NCBI GenBank assembly: GCA_020536535.1
Contig: JAHLWZ010000853.1
Span: 10,090-74,089, forward strand
Direction of reading: 5' to 3'
Origin: Pelomyxa schiedti
Taxonomy: Eukaryota > Protista > Evosea
Length of the DNA stretch: 64,000 nt
Shown: piece by piece, positions 12,842 through 24,100 of the stretch
How the letters are laid out: the number at the start of each line of letters is the position of its first letter
How positions within the stretch are numbered: the stretch's first letter is position 1
The notes under the pieces: model-generated
The model's input: only the letters and a program-made list of their open reading frames with translations
Told to the model about the DNA's origin: nothing
Database searches by the model: none
Position numbers and translations under genes: made by a program

Positions 12842-14902
12842 CTAGTTGTGTGTGAGATTTTGTGGGTTCGGTGTGGCATTTGGAGGAGTGTGCTTGGTTG
12901 TTGTTACTGGGGTTGGGGCTGGTGGGGGTGTGTAATGTAGAAGAGGGTTTACGAATGAGGCCAGAACCCACCCGGCAATTCCGGCACAGCAGCGGATTCC
13001 GTTGAATATCTGCCACTTTTGCAGGGTGTTCTCAACCGAACTGGTAACTAGAGTGTTGTCTCCATACCTGCGGAGAAATAAGTTAGCAATTTAGGTTGTA
13101 CATGTAGAACAATAGGGTGCGGAGCATTACCAACCAGGTATTCTTTGTTCAGAGTAGTAAAGGGCATCGTCGATTGGTACATTTGCGAGTGTGAAAACAA
13201 AGCATATGGTGAACACTAATTGAAAGTTAGTCTGCCCAAGAAGGGAAGCTTGCACTCACAAACTATAAGGAAAATGTCAAAAACGGGCTGTGTCAATGGT
13301 TTCCCATTCCACTGGGCACGTCTATCCCTGGCAAATCTGTCACAGGCACCAAGCAGGGAAACAGACGTGAGGAAGAAAAACAAGTGTTGCACAGGTCGGG
13401 CAATCGAAGAATAAAATCTTAGAAATGAGGCTGCACTGGATGCAGCACCGGTAATCGGTGGAGAATGCAGTCTCGGGAGCGGGCTGAGAACGGAAATTGG
13501 GGGGACAGGGAGGTTGTTGATGTTGAAACTATAGAGGCTGAGAACAAACAGAAGAAGTGAAGCACCTCCAAGAAGTCCTTGCACAGTGAAAAAAAGCCAA
13601 GCAGTGACGAAACTAATTTGCTTTTTGTCTTATGGGTTAATAAGATAGTTGAAGCTAAAGATACTTCTATAGTCATTCGTATAATGTCATTCTCTGTTTG
13701 AAGTTGCATCTGGTCATCTGTGGTCGTCTCTGTAGGGGGTGCCTCTTTCAATTCTGAATCTTTAGTAATTCGCTTGAAATTCCCAGTTACCACATCTGTT
13801 ACTTGTTGGAATGTAGTACAAAGTAGTTTGTGGTACAAACTCTCCATATAGTAGTCGCGTACTACATGTGGTGGTGTCACATTTGGAATATTGTCTTGAG
13901 GAAGGCTACTGGGACCCCGCTGTTCAAGTTCTACCTGTCTTACAGAAGCATCCTTAGTACTTTATATTTACTACAGATAAAAAAAAAAAAGAAGGAGGGA
14001 AGCTTACACAGGATCTCTGTGGTGCTGCCGATTTTTCATTCTACGTTTCGTGTAAGTAAAAATAGAAAGGTTTAACGAAATACAAACGGTGTGTGTGTGA
14101 CAGACTCCTGGTCCCCATCGTGCTCATGACCGCCTCGAGTTCGTGTCTGTTTCATCTTACTTGTGTGTGAAGGAGACAAAGACTTATGGGTCGAGTTTCC
14201 CAGAGACCGACCACCCTTACGCGTTGATGTTCTCTCATTTTCACTGTCACTATCACTTGCTACCAAGTCATCACTCCCATAATCATCGTTGTCACTGTCA
14301 TTGTAAACGCCGTCGTCCTCCTGGAACGGGGCAGCGTTAGGGTGCAAATTTGACGCCCGGCGGCCATCCCTTCCACCGCCAGAAGCAGCAGGAGCAGCAG
14401 CAGACTTATGGGAGGACTTCTTCTTTGCCGGGTCGCGAGCACGCGGCTGCGGCGGGGGCGGAAGCAGCCCGAGCTTGCTCCTGTGCGTGAGCACGCCGCT
14501 GTCATTGTTTGTGTTGTTGTTGTTCAACTTGGGCGCCGACGCACGCCTGCTGCTGTCGTCGTCGTAGTCGTCGCCTGCGGCGTCGGAGTCGCCGTCGTCG
14601 CTGGCGTCGGCGGGGGGTGCCCGTCGTTTGGTTGCTGAGGAGGCGGGCGACGGAGACGGTGTGGGCAAAGTAGATATGGGCGCAGGGCTCGTGGCTTTGG
14701 GTTTCGTTGGGTTGACTGTGGGTGTGCCGGCAGGGACACCAGTGGGTGTCGAGGAAGAATGGGGGCCCCCAGGGTCGGCCGCCGTGGGCTTCTTTTTGGC
14801 GGCAGGCGAGGCCGCTGTGAGAGATTTAGACAAGTTTTGGGGCAGTTGTAGCGGGGGAAGTGTCGTCTTCTTGCGTGCCAGCGCAGCGCCGTTGTCCGTC
14901 AT
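12842..14902 (-). CDS. TMEM237: TMEM237-like ciliary transition-zone membrane protein with long low-complexity N-terminus
   Basis: C-terminal 4-TM block QGLLGG..FLRFYSSIARPVQHLFFFLTSVSLLGACDRF..FTICFVFTL..IDDALYY..LQKWQIFN..GWVL resembles TMEM237 as I recall it (HGxLAG..YxxLAxPxQxxFYxLxxxSxxxAxDR..W..N..W). Not database-verified. Confidence 0.65.
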
Positions 14903-15359
14903 TTCGTTAGTGAAATTGCTTCCCTGAAAGAGTCGTTGCTCACTGTAGAGGTGTTAGTCTATTGTGGTGCCCTTCATCATGCAAGCACTCTCCTTGTGCC
15001 TTTGTGTCTGCGGACTGGATCACCAACAAGCTGGTGGAAACCCTCTATAGAAAACACAGTGGACAAACCCCCACAAAAAAAACCAAAAAAAGATGGGAGG
15101 TGCTCACCAGGAACCCATCGGGTGGTCCGGACCCACCCAACGCAGGCTCCCAGCATCCCACAACCGCGGTCCGCGTCGCGTCGCGCCACGAACACAAGGG
15201 ATTGGTGTCATCCCGGTCCGTGGTCACGCGCATCACAGTCCTCGGCCCCGAATCCGCGTCGCGTCTCAATTCTCATTGAGCGCATCACAATTTCGGGGAA
15301 GCAGGATGTCAGTAAGTCATTCCAGGAATGAACGGTCAGGAGCCTCTTTTGGTTATGGA

Positions 15360-15516
15360 TATTGGACGTTTCAGTCAAAAAACGGCATAATGAATGAAAA
15401 ATAAAAACAACCAACAAAAAACAAGTTTATCCACTGGGCGCACCCAGTGCATTTCGTTTGATTTTGATGATAGTTTCGTTTTTTGTTTGTGTGGTTTTTG
15501 ACTGAAACGTCCAATA
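15360..15516. mobile_element. MITE-like palindromic element (22-bp perfect inverted repeats)
   Basis: TATTGGACGTTTCAGTCAAAAA (15360-15381) is the exact reverse complement of 15495-15516. Central hairpin CACTGGG-cgca-CCCAGTG at 15432-15449. Both ends are TA. Confidence 0.6.
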
Positions 15517-15905
15517 CTTCCATTTTATTGGGGCCCGGTCGGTTTTATTGGGACGTGCACTCAACCAACCTGGTATCGCGTGCTCTATTTTTCTGCCGTG
15601 AATCTTACTGAGAACGCTAGATCCAACTCACGTTCCCCGATATGGTTGTCCATTTCGGGCAGGCCGGATCTATGCCTCTCATCGAATGTACATGTGGTTT
15701 TCTCTCATTTTATACCCTCCGGTTTCGGCGCCGCCATCAGTTATGGGTGGAAAGACAATAGAAAAATAACCTTTCTTTTGTATACTCTCGACCTCATTAG
15801 GAGCCTCTGGTCCTAGTACCCGTGCATCACCTTCTTACGAGGAAATGCTAGGCTGAAACAGAACATCCCCTGATCACCCTAAATGAAATCACACGAAATA
15901 ACTAA

Positions 15906-18455
15906 ATGTATTACCAGCAACGGCAGTACCCTCCATCGTCACTCACGCCGCAACAGCAACAACACGAGCAGTACCGCGGGTACGGGGTGCAACAAGCCCC
16001 GCAGTATCAGCAGCACGCGCCCCCCGCTCCTCCCCAGCATTACCACCAGCAGCAGGCACCGCAGTACAACGGGTACAACGAACCGGGGGTGCGAGGCGTG
16101 TCGGTGCCGCCGCCTGGGCCCACGGCCACGGCCACGGGCAGGAGCGCGAGGGGGCCGGAGCAGCCGCGTGGTGGCCGTGAGCCGGGGGGGGCGGCCACTG
16201 TAGGGGGCTATTACTCTGTGGTGGTGGTGCGGTGCATGGAGCACGTGGGGGCGTGGGCGGGGTCGCCGGACAGCGTGCCTCGGGCCGTGGACCCCTCCGG
16301 GTGCAACGGAGGCCCGCGGGGCGGCGGCGGCGGCAGCAGCAGCGAGGGGGGCAGGGGTGGGTGGGACACAAGGGGAGGGGGAGGGGGAGGTGGGCAGAGG
16401 CACCAGCAGCACGAGTACTTGGCCCAGTACTTGGAGAAATGTGTGTGGAGTGCGGGAGGGGAAGGGAAGGGGAGGGGGACAATTGTTGGGGGGTTGTTAT
16501 GTGCTGTGTTTGGGTTTGTGATGATGTGGTTTTGGTTTTTTTGTTTTGTTTTTGTTGTAGAGGCACCTGTTCCTCTTTTTTTTGTCACTGATTTGAACCT
16601 AGGTTGGAGAGAGGGAATTCCTGTTACTGATGATGTTCTTGATAGGGCAGGAATTGACGCTGTGTTTTGTGTAATCAGGGGGTACATTCAGTCACTGCCA
16701 GAGCCTCTTCTCGTTGTTGATGTGGAAATACTTTCCTGTACTTACCCGCAGTTTGATTCTTCTCTTATAAATACATGCAGCAAATGATGAAGAGGCATGG
16801 AATTGTATTTCCAGTGCTGTTGCTACATTACAATTACCCAATTTTTCCGTGCTTCGTTCTCTTGTGTCTATGTGCAGAGACGTCATTCACGCAGGGAGAT
16901 CATCAGTATTCTTCTTCTCGATCCAATTTGAAGTAATGCTTCTTTTGGACCATAGTTGACCCCAATGTCCCTGTGGTTGCACTCATGTTTATTTGAATAT
17001 CAGCCAAATGGTGAACGTTTAAAGCAGGTAACGCGCTTACTTGTTAAAAAAGGAATGCCTAGGTACACAAAATTTGCCTACAACAAACTGGCACCAACAT
17101 TATTCACTTCCTCTCAACAACCAAGAAACTGAATTCCCTTTCAACACATACTAATTCTTTATTTATTTTTATTTCTTTCTGGTCTGACCATCTATTTCTA
17201 ACAGAATTTCGAATCAACAAAGTCCCAATAGTTATTCCCCTCCTGCAGTAATTGACCAGCGAAATAAAAATTTCTCTCACACTCATATTCCACCACCAGA
17301 GTTCAGTGATTTTCCACAGTCTCCAAACATTTTCTATTCCGACTCACTTCACTCACCTCTTGCACGTACTTTCCCTCAGACTTCCCTGTCACAATCGAGG
17401 CAACATTCTCCAGCACAACAACAAATTCTCGAACCAAGCTCCGCAAGAGATTTCGATCCCACATCGTACAGCTCAAGTTCCCACTGCCCACCGAATTATT
17501 ACGATTTCCCACAAACTCCCATGAATGCACAACACCCCTCCACTCCGCAAGGTTTTCCCCTTCAACAATCCAACATCTCACCCGCAAGAGAAGCTCTGCG
17601 GGGCAACAACCATCCACACACCACTGAAGGGCACAATTTCTTAAATGAAGATGACCGCTACTCACCACCCTTTGGCTCCCAAAATTACACCAACTGCAAT
17701 GATAAGTCTCCTTATGACAGGAAACCGCCATTTCAACAACCCCTAGGTGAACTTGACAAATTAAAACAGCAAGTGCACACACTTCAGTTGAGAATCGACC
17801 AAACTGAAGGGGACTTGGCAAAGAAAAAAAGAGAAGCAGCTGCCCTCCAAACCTTTGTATGTAAAACCGTAACAACTCTTAAATTTGACCTCATTATTCC
17901 AAGAAAGAACGCGCAGAATCCGAACTGCTGGGCTACAGGCAAAACATGACAAAACTGGAAGAAAGACTGGCAGCCCTCGCAGCAGAAAATAGCACTCTAC
18001 GCCAGCAGAATTCCGAACTGCAAGAAAGATGCAGAACATCTGAGGCAGAAATCCGCTCATTGCAACAACCACTCAAACAATCACACACAACTCCGCATTC
18101 CACTTCGTCACCCCCGCAGACTCCCACGCACTCGCGGCAGCCCTCGTCCACTCCATCATCATCTGCATCAGACACACCCACTCCGGACAAAGCTGACAAC
18201 AAATCATCACCTCCTGCCGATTCTGCGTCCAATTCCACGCCGACACCAGCATCGGCATCTTCGGCGGCTTCTGACCGCAATGAGGATGAAAAGAAGCCCA
18301 AGAACAACCAGCACAACAAAGCCCGGCACCACAGGCACAGTTCCTCCCGCCACCACAGTCATTCAAAGGATAAACACAATGACAATGACAATGACGGTAC
18401 CACTGTTAACAAGGAAACACCCCCAGAGGGAGAAAGCGCTCCCACCAAAGACTAA
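15906..18455 (+). CDS. Divergent RhoGAP-like domain protein with Q/P-rich N-terminus and coiled-coil/S-rich C-terminus
   Basis: EYLAQYLEKCGWREGI..IDAVFCVIRGYIQSLPEPLL..TLQLPNFSVLRSLVSMCRDV follows the RhoGAP helix pattern. Heptads at 17750-18070. Confidence 0.6.
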
Positions 18456-18806
18456 TTAATGACTTGTAGACAACCCAATCAACAACTAACACAAACACCA
18501 CCCACACAACAAGACAAAATACAACCAATTGAGCAAATGAATTTTTATTTTTTTGTGAGCATGGCAATTAGCTTAAACTGGCTCCTGGTGTCGGAAGTAC
18601 TGTTTCGCAGTTTTCGCTTAATACAACCTTGATTGCTTCGCTGTGTCTTCAGTTTGCCAATTGGTATCTACAGGACCCACAACACTGCTTATGCTGTGGT
18701 TCCTGTTAGCCTTGCTGAGCCGAATTGATGCCGGAAAGGTCCGGCCAGGTGCCTCGGCTCATCATCACACATAATTCCCCCGAAAGAAAAATTAACGACA
18801 CCGGTT

Positions 18807-20901
18807 ATGGACCTCCTCGATGCTGACAACATGGACGGACTGTCGTTTACGTTCGAAGGTGGTTCCTCTGTGTCGAACACACTGAGATCTGGGCCTCCCA
18901 TAACTGCCACCGCTTCTCCGATGACACTGGTTATTTCGTTTTCTTTCTCTTATTGTATGTTTTTGTTTCGTAACTTTGTGTAGAACGGTCCTACTATGAA
19001 AGATAACAAAGACTACCGCGTAGAAGCTGCACACAAAGAGAAGGAAAGGGACCGAGACAGAGATCGTGACCGCGACCGCGACCGAGATCGCGATAGAATG
19101 GAAAAAGATAGGGATAGAGACCGGGAGAGCTATCGGGACAGGGATAGAGAAAGGGACAGGGAGACTATATACAGGGACAGGGAGAACTATAGAGAAAGAG
19201 ACAGAGAGCGGTCTCATAGTTTGTTTCTATTGCCTTTAACGAATGTAGATTGTAGTGTTAACATTCAACAGTACCGAGTAACGCCGGAACTGAGCTATGC
19301 AAATTCTACTTGAAGGGTGCGTGTACTAAGGGAGCTGCGTGTACGTATAGGCATCCACCAAACGTTGGACCAGTGTCTACTTTCTCTCTTTCGGAGTCAG
19401 ATTCTTCCACTAACTCAGCAAGTGCCAATGCACTTGCCCTGGCGAATGCTGTAAAGCAGGAGCTTGCTTCTTCATCACATTCTGGAACACCGTCTGCATC
19501 TGGAACTACGCCTCATACTAGCGGACCCCCGTCACGGCATCACCACCATGAAAAAGCTGTGGTATGCAAACACTGGCTTAGGAACCTGTGCAAGAAAGGA
19601 GAGAGCTGTGAATTTCTACATGAGTTTGATCCCAACAAAATGCCCGAGTGCTATTTCTACTCACGATACGGTTTTTGATGCAATTAGTTCAACTTATTCA
19701 ATTACTCACTTTTCTCCTTTCTCAGGTGAGTGCAGTAACCCTGAATGCATATACCTTCATGTGAGCCCTGAAGAGAAATCAAGGGAGTGCCCCTGGTACG
19801 CTCGTGGATTCTGCAAGCATGGTTGGTTTGCTGCCTCAAAATCCCAAAACACAAATAAAATAGAAAAAGAAAGAAGTGAAAGAAGCAATAGAAAAAATAC
19901 ATTTTTTCCCCCTCCCCACTTTCTTTTAGACTTTGGTAACTGCTCCCACAGGTCCCCGTTGTCGCCACAAACACACAACAAAACTTCCTTGTGAGAACTA
20001 CTTGCTTGGTTTCTGTCCAGAAGGACCCAATTGCAAATTTGGCCAGTTAGTGTTCCCTTTAGAAGTTCCTTCCACTAATACACGTCAAGTCCGAAATTTG
20101 AGCTCCCAAAGGATGATGACCAACCAGGAAGGAAGGCACGAACACCATTAACTTGTCATAAATGTGGAGAGGTAGGCCACAAAGCGGTGATGTGCCCAAG
20201 AGGTCCGTATCACTGTGAGTTACAACTGAATTCTAAACACTAATACTAAGGTTTCTCATTCCACTCATCTCACTCACATCCTCCTTCACACCCTCCGACA
20301 GCACAACCATCACCAAATAGCCATTCTGCCACAGGCACCACACCAGCACCACCCACCTCAACACATAATTCATCACATCCTCCGTCCTCCATCCCCCCCG
20401 CACCAGTTTCTCTACCATCTCCTATTCCCGTAACTCCAAACATGGATACCAGCCCAATGGTTCCATTCTCTCAACCTCCTACACAGTTCCCCAGGTCTGG
20501 AATGAGACCCCTTGATCAAGTGACTTGCTATAAAGTACGCTCACCCTCATTCAACACCTCTGACTCACTTTTTCCAGTGTGGACAAAAAGGTCACTACGC
20601 CAACAAGTGTACAACCCGCAAGCCACCGCAGCAGGGACAACAACCGCAACACCAGCAACACCCTCCACACCAACAACCACAAATGCCACCACCGTCATGG
20701 CCAGAACAACCCCCACCGCAAATGCCAATGTCAATGCCCATGCCCATGTCAATGCCGATGCAAATGCAAATGCCGATGCAGATGCCCATGCAAATGCCAT
20801 ATCCTCCACCAATCCCCATGCAACAACAGCAACAGCCTCCACCACAACAGTTCTACCCTCCTCCACCAATGCAACCACAACAGCAGCAACAATACTGGTA
20901 A
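18807..20901 (+). CDS. CPSF4: Cleavage and polyadenylation specificity factor subunit 4 (CPSF30/Yth1)
   Basis: Five CCCH fingers, including VVCKHWLRNLCKKGESCEFLHEFDPNKMPECYFY, CPWYARGFCKHGPRCRHKH and CENYLLGFCPEGPNCKFG. Two CCHC knuckles (CHKCGEVGHKAVMC; CYKCGQKGHYANKC). Confidence 0.92.
19040..19212 (+). repeat. Coding RD/RE dipeptide repeat within the CPSF30 gene
   Basis: Translates as EKERDRDRDRDRDRDRDRMEKDRDRDRESYRDRDRERDRE... Confidence 0.9.
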
Positions 20902-21173
20902 TTCTATTAAAACCTGCTTTTCCACGCCACGGGTTCTCTCTTGGTTGTTTGTGTTTTGGGTATTTATTCATAGGCAAACTCCCCCTGTTGCGGAGGACAG
21001 ACTCTGAGGCTGAGCCTTGTGTGACTCACGAAACGTAATTTTTGGCTGGTGACCACACCCATATCGGGAATGGAACGAGCGTTCGTTCTCTTCGCGGATT
21101 TATAAGATGGCGATTCATCAAACCTCATTGTAACAGAAACAAAAAGAAAAAAACCAAGTGACGCAGCACATAG

Positions 21174-24100
21174 ATGAGCTCCTCTTCATCGTCCCCCGCC
21201 AGGAAGAAGAAGACCACGAGTAGTGAAAAAACCAGGCTCATACCTGACGACCAGGACGAGAGGGAAGACCTCACCAGCTACACTGCAGCGTCCTCGTCAT
21301 CCCACAATGGCGAATCTGGCGCCGGCAGCAGCTCCAAGACGCACAGGCACAAGCACAAGCATCACCACAGGCACCGCCACCATCATCGCCACGACGACGA
21401 CGATGCTGAAATCACGGGCCGCATTGAATTGGACCACAGGGACGCGGTACAGTGCTTTTTTCTTTTAATGAATGCCTGTCTCGTGATTGGAAAGTTTAAA
21501 GAACTGTGTGGTGGAGGAAATGTATTCTTTTTTTTTTTTGAAACTTATACTTCCATTAGAGTGGAGAAGATACTGCTACCGCAGAATCTGATGAAAAAGC
21601 ACCAGATGCCAAAGACCCAAAAAACAAGGTGTCCCTCATCAGATTGTTTCAGTTCTCCTCGTGGCTTGACCGATTGATGATACTGGTAGCCATTTTCATG
21701 TCCATGGCTCAGGGTGCTCTTACACCAGTATTTTCGGTACGGCAGGAAATTTCTTCATAAATGTATCCCTAACTTCTCCAGGTATTAATGGGAAATATGA
21801 TTGGAGGGTTCACACCAATCGTAAGCTGCATACGTACTTTTAGTTCACTGAAATACAACTAGATTCCGTCAAACATTACAAATTCTTCAGCCTCCAACTT
21901 TATTTCTTCGGGATTTATTTCTTCCATTGGGTCTGCACTTGTTAGTGATGATGTTGTTATTACCGTCGACATGGATGTAATTATGGAGAATATCATTTAT
22001 CTTGGAATAATTGGTTCCTGTACTCTCGTTATTGCTTTTGCTCAGGTTCCTAATAAACTATGGAGTATACTTTCTGAAGTAACACTTCAAATACTTGTAG
22101 AATGCATTATGGTCTCTCTCTGCCCTTTCTCAAGCCACAAGGATACGCAAACTGTTTTTCCGATCCATCATGTCACAAGAAATAGGCTGGCATGACCTCA
22201 ATAAAAGTGGTGAGCTTAATGCTCGTATATCTGGGTGTGTTATGGAGTGTAATGAATATTCATCTCAATATGTTACACAGAGATACCTTGAAAATTCAAG
22301 AGGCATTTGGGGAGAAACTTGGAGTTCTTGTACAAAACGTTTGTTCTTTCATTGCTGGCTGGATAGTGGGTCTCTGGATCAGCTGGAGATTGGCTCTGGT
22401 GATTATTGCAGTGACACCTCTTCTTGTTGTCACTGGTAAGCCCATCTCCTATCCTCAAAACCTCATATTCTGAAGCTGCGGGCGTTACCCTTCTTATGAG
22501 GTCTATAACTACCAAAGGTCAACAGCTATACTCAGAAGCTGGGGCTGTTGCTCAAGAGGTTCAATGTACGCTAACTCGGTTGCGTCTCACATAGAATAAG
22601 GTTCTCTCTTGCATGCGAACTGTTACTTCACTTGGTTCCCAAAAAAGAGAAGAAAGAAGGTCCCGTTTAACCTTCTTTTTTCTTGAACACTCAAACTTCC
22701 CAAGATATGAGAAGTATTTGATAAGCACATGGAAAATGGGCAAAAGAAAGGGAATAGTGGCAGGATTATCATTTGGATTCTTTTTATTTATCATGCTCTC
22801 CACGTCAGTAATATCTTGAAAAATCTATCTTACATTCAATAGTTATGCCCTTGGATTTTGGTATGGATCAACTCTGGTTAATAAAGGCATTACGACCCCT
22901 GGAGATGTAAGTCTCTTAATATGAAGTGATTAATTTCGACATAATACAGCTCGTTATGTTGCTCAAGTATTTTCACAGGTTATGACGGTGTTCTTTGCGG
23001 TTATGATGGGTATAGAACTATTGAAGTTTTGATTTTCTAACAGGAGAATAGGCGCCATGGCAGTTGGACAAATCGGTCCTGATATGCAAGCTGTGGGGGA
23101 AGGCCAGGGTGCAGCTTATGAAATTTTCAATGTACCCTGATGTGAAATGTTATGTTTATTCTCAGATTAGTTGTAGGTAATTGGACGCACATCACAAATT
23201 GATGCACTTACTGACAGTGGAGAGAAACCAAGTACCTCCCTTTGTTTTTTAATATTTTCCCCCAGTTTGTTTTCTCACTCTTTCAGGTTTATTGGGCAAC
23301 ATTGACATCTCTGATGTGCATTTTTCTTACCCTTCACGCCCTGATGTAGATGTTCTAAATGGAATTTCCATAAGTATCAAGAGCGGGTATGGACCTAAAA
23401 AAATTTTTGGTTTAAGATGAAGAATTTCCCCCTAGTCAAACAGTTGCCCTGGTTGGCCCAAGTGGATGTGGAAAGTCTACTATCATAAGTCTCTTACAAA
23501 GATTTTACAATTCCAAGCAAGGCTCTATTTTGTTTGATGGGCATCCCATTGAATCGCTCTCTGTCCCATTCTTACGTTCACAGGTACAATGTGGGAAAAG
23601 TTTAGATCTATCATCTAAGTAAATAACCAAGATGGGAGTGGTTGGGCAAGAACCTGTTCTTTTCCCTATTTCTATCAGGGACAACATTGCTCTTGGCTGT
23701 AACGGTGATGCGTCTTTTGAAGAAGTAGTGGAAGCAGCGAAAAAGGTTAGAACTTGTGATAAGGAAGCGAAATACCTTACATCCATAAAAGGCCAATGCC
23801 CACCATTTTATTTCCCAGCTTCCTGATAAGTATGGGACTCTTGTTGGTGAGCGAGGTGTTCAGTTATCTGGAGGCCAGAAGCAAGTATGTCTCTTACTTA
23901 ATTTATTAGTTTTCCTCAATCTTTTCAACAGAGAATTGCTATTGCTCGGGCAATTGTGCGGAATCCTGCCATTCTTCTTCTGGATGAAGCCACAAGCGCT
24001 CTAGACACGGAGTCCGAACTCGTTGTTCAAGATGCCTTGGAAAAGGCAAGGCAAGGCAGAACAACCATTGTCATAGCACACAGGTGAACGTGAAGTTGCC

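Noticed and set aside
19040-19212. Possible CRISPR array or satellite
   Set aside because: It is a degenerate hexamer repeat encoding RD/RE, with no repeat-spacer structure, in a eukaryotic gene.
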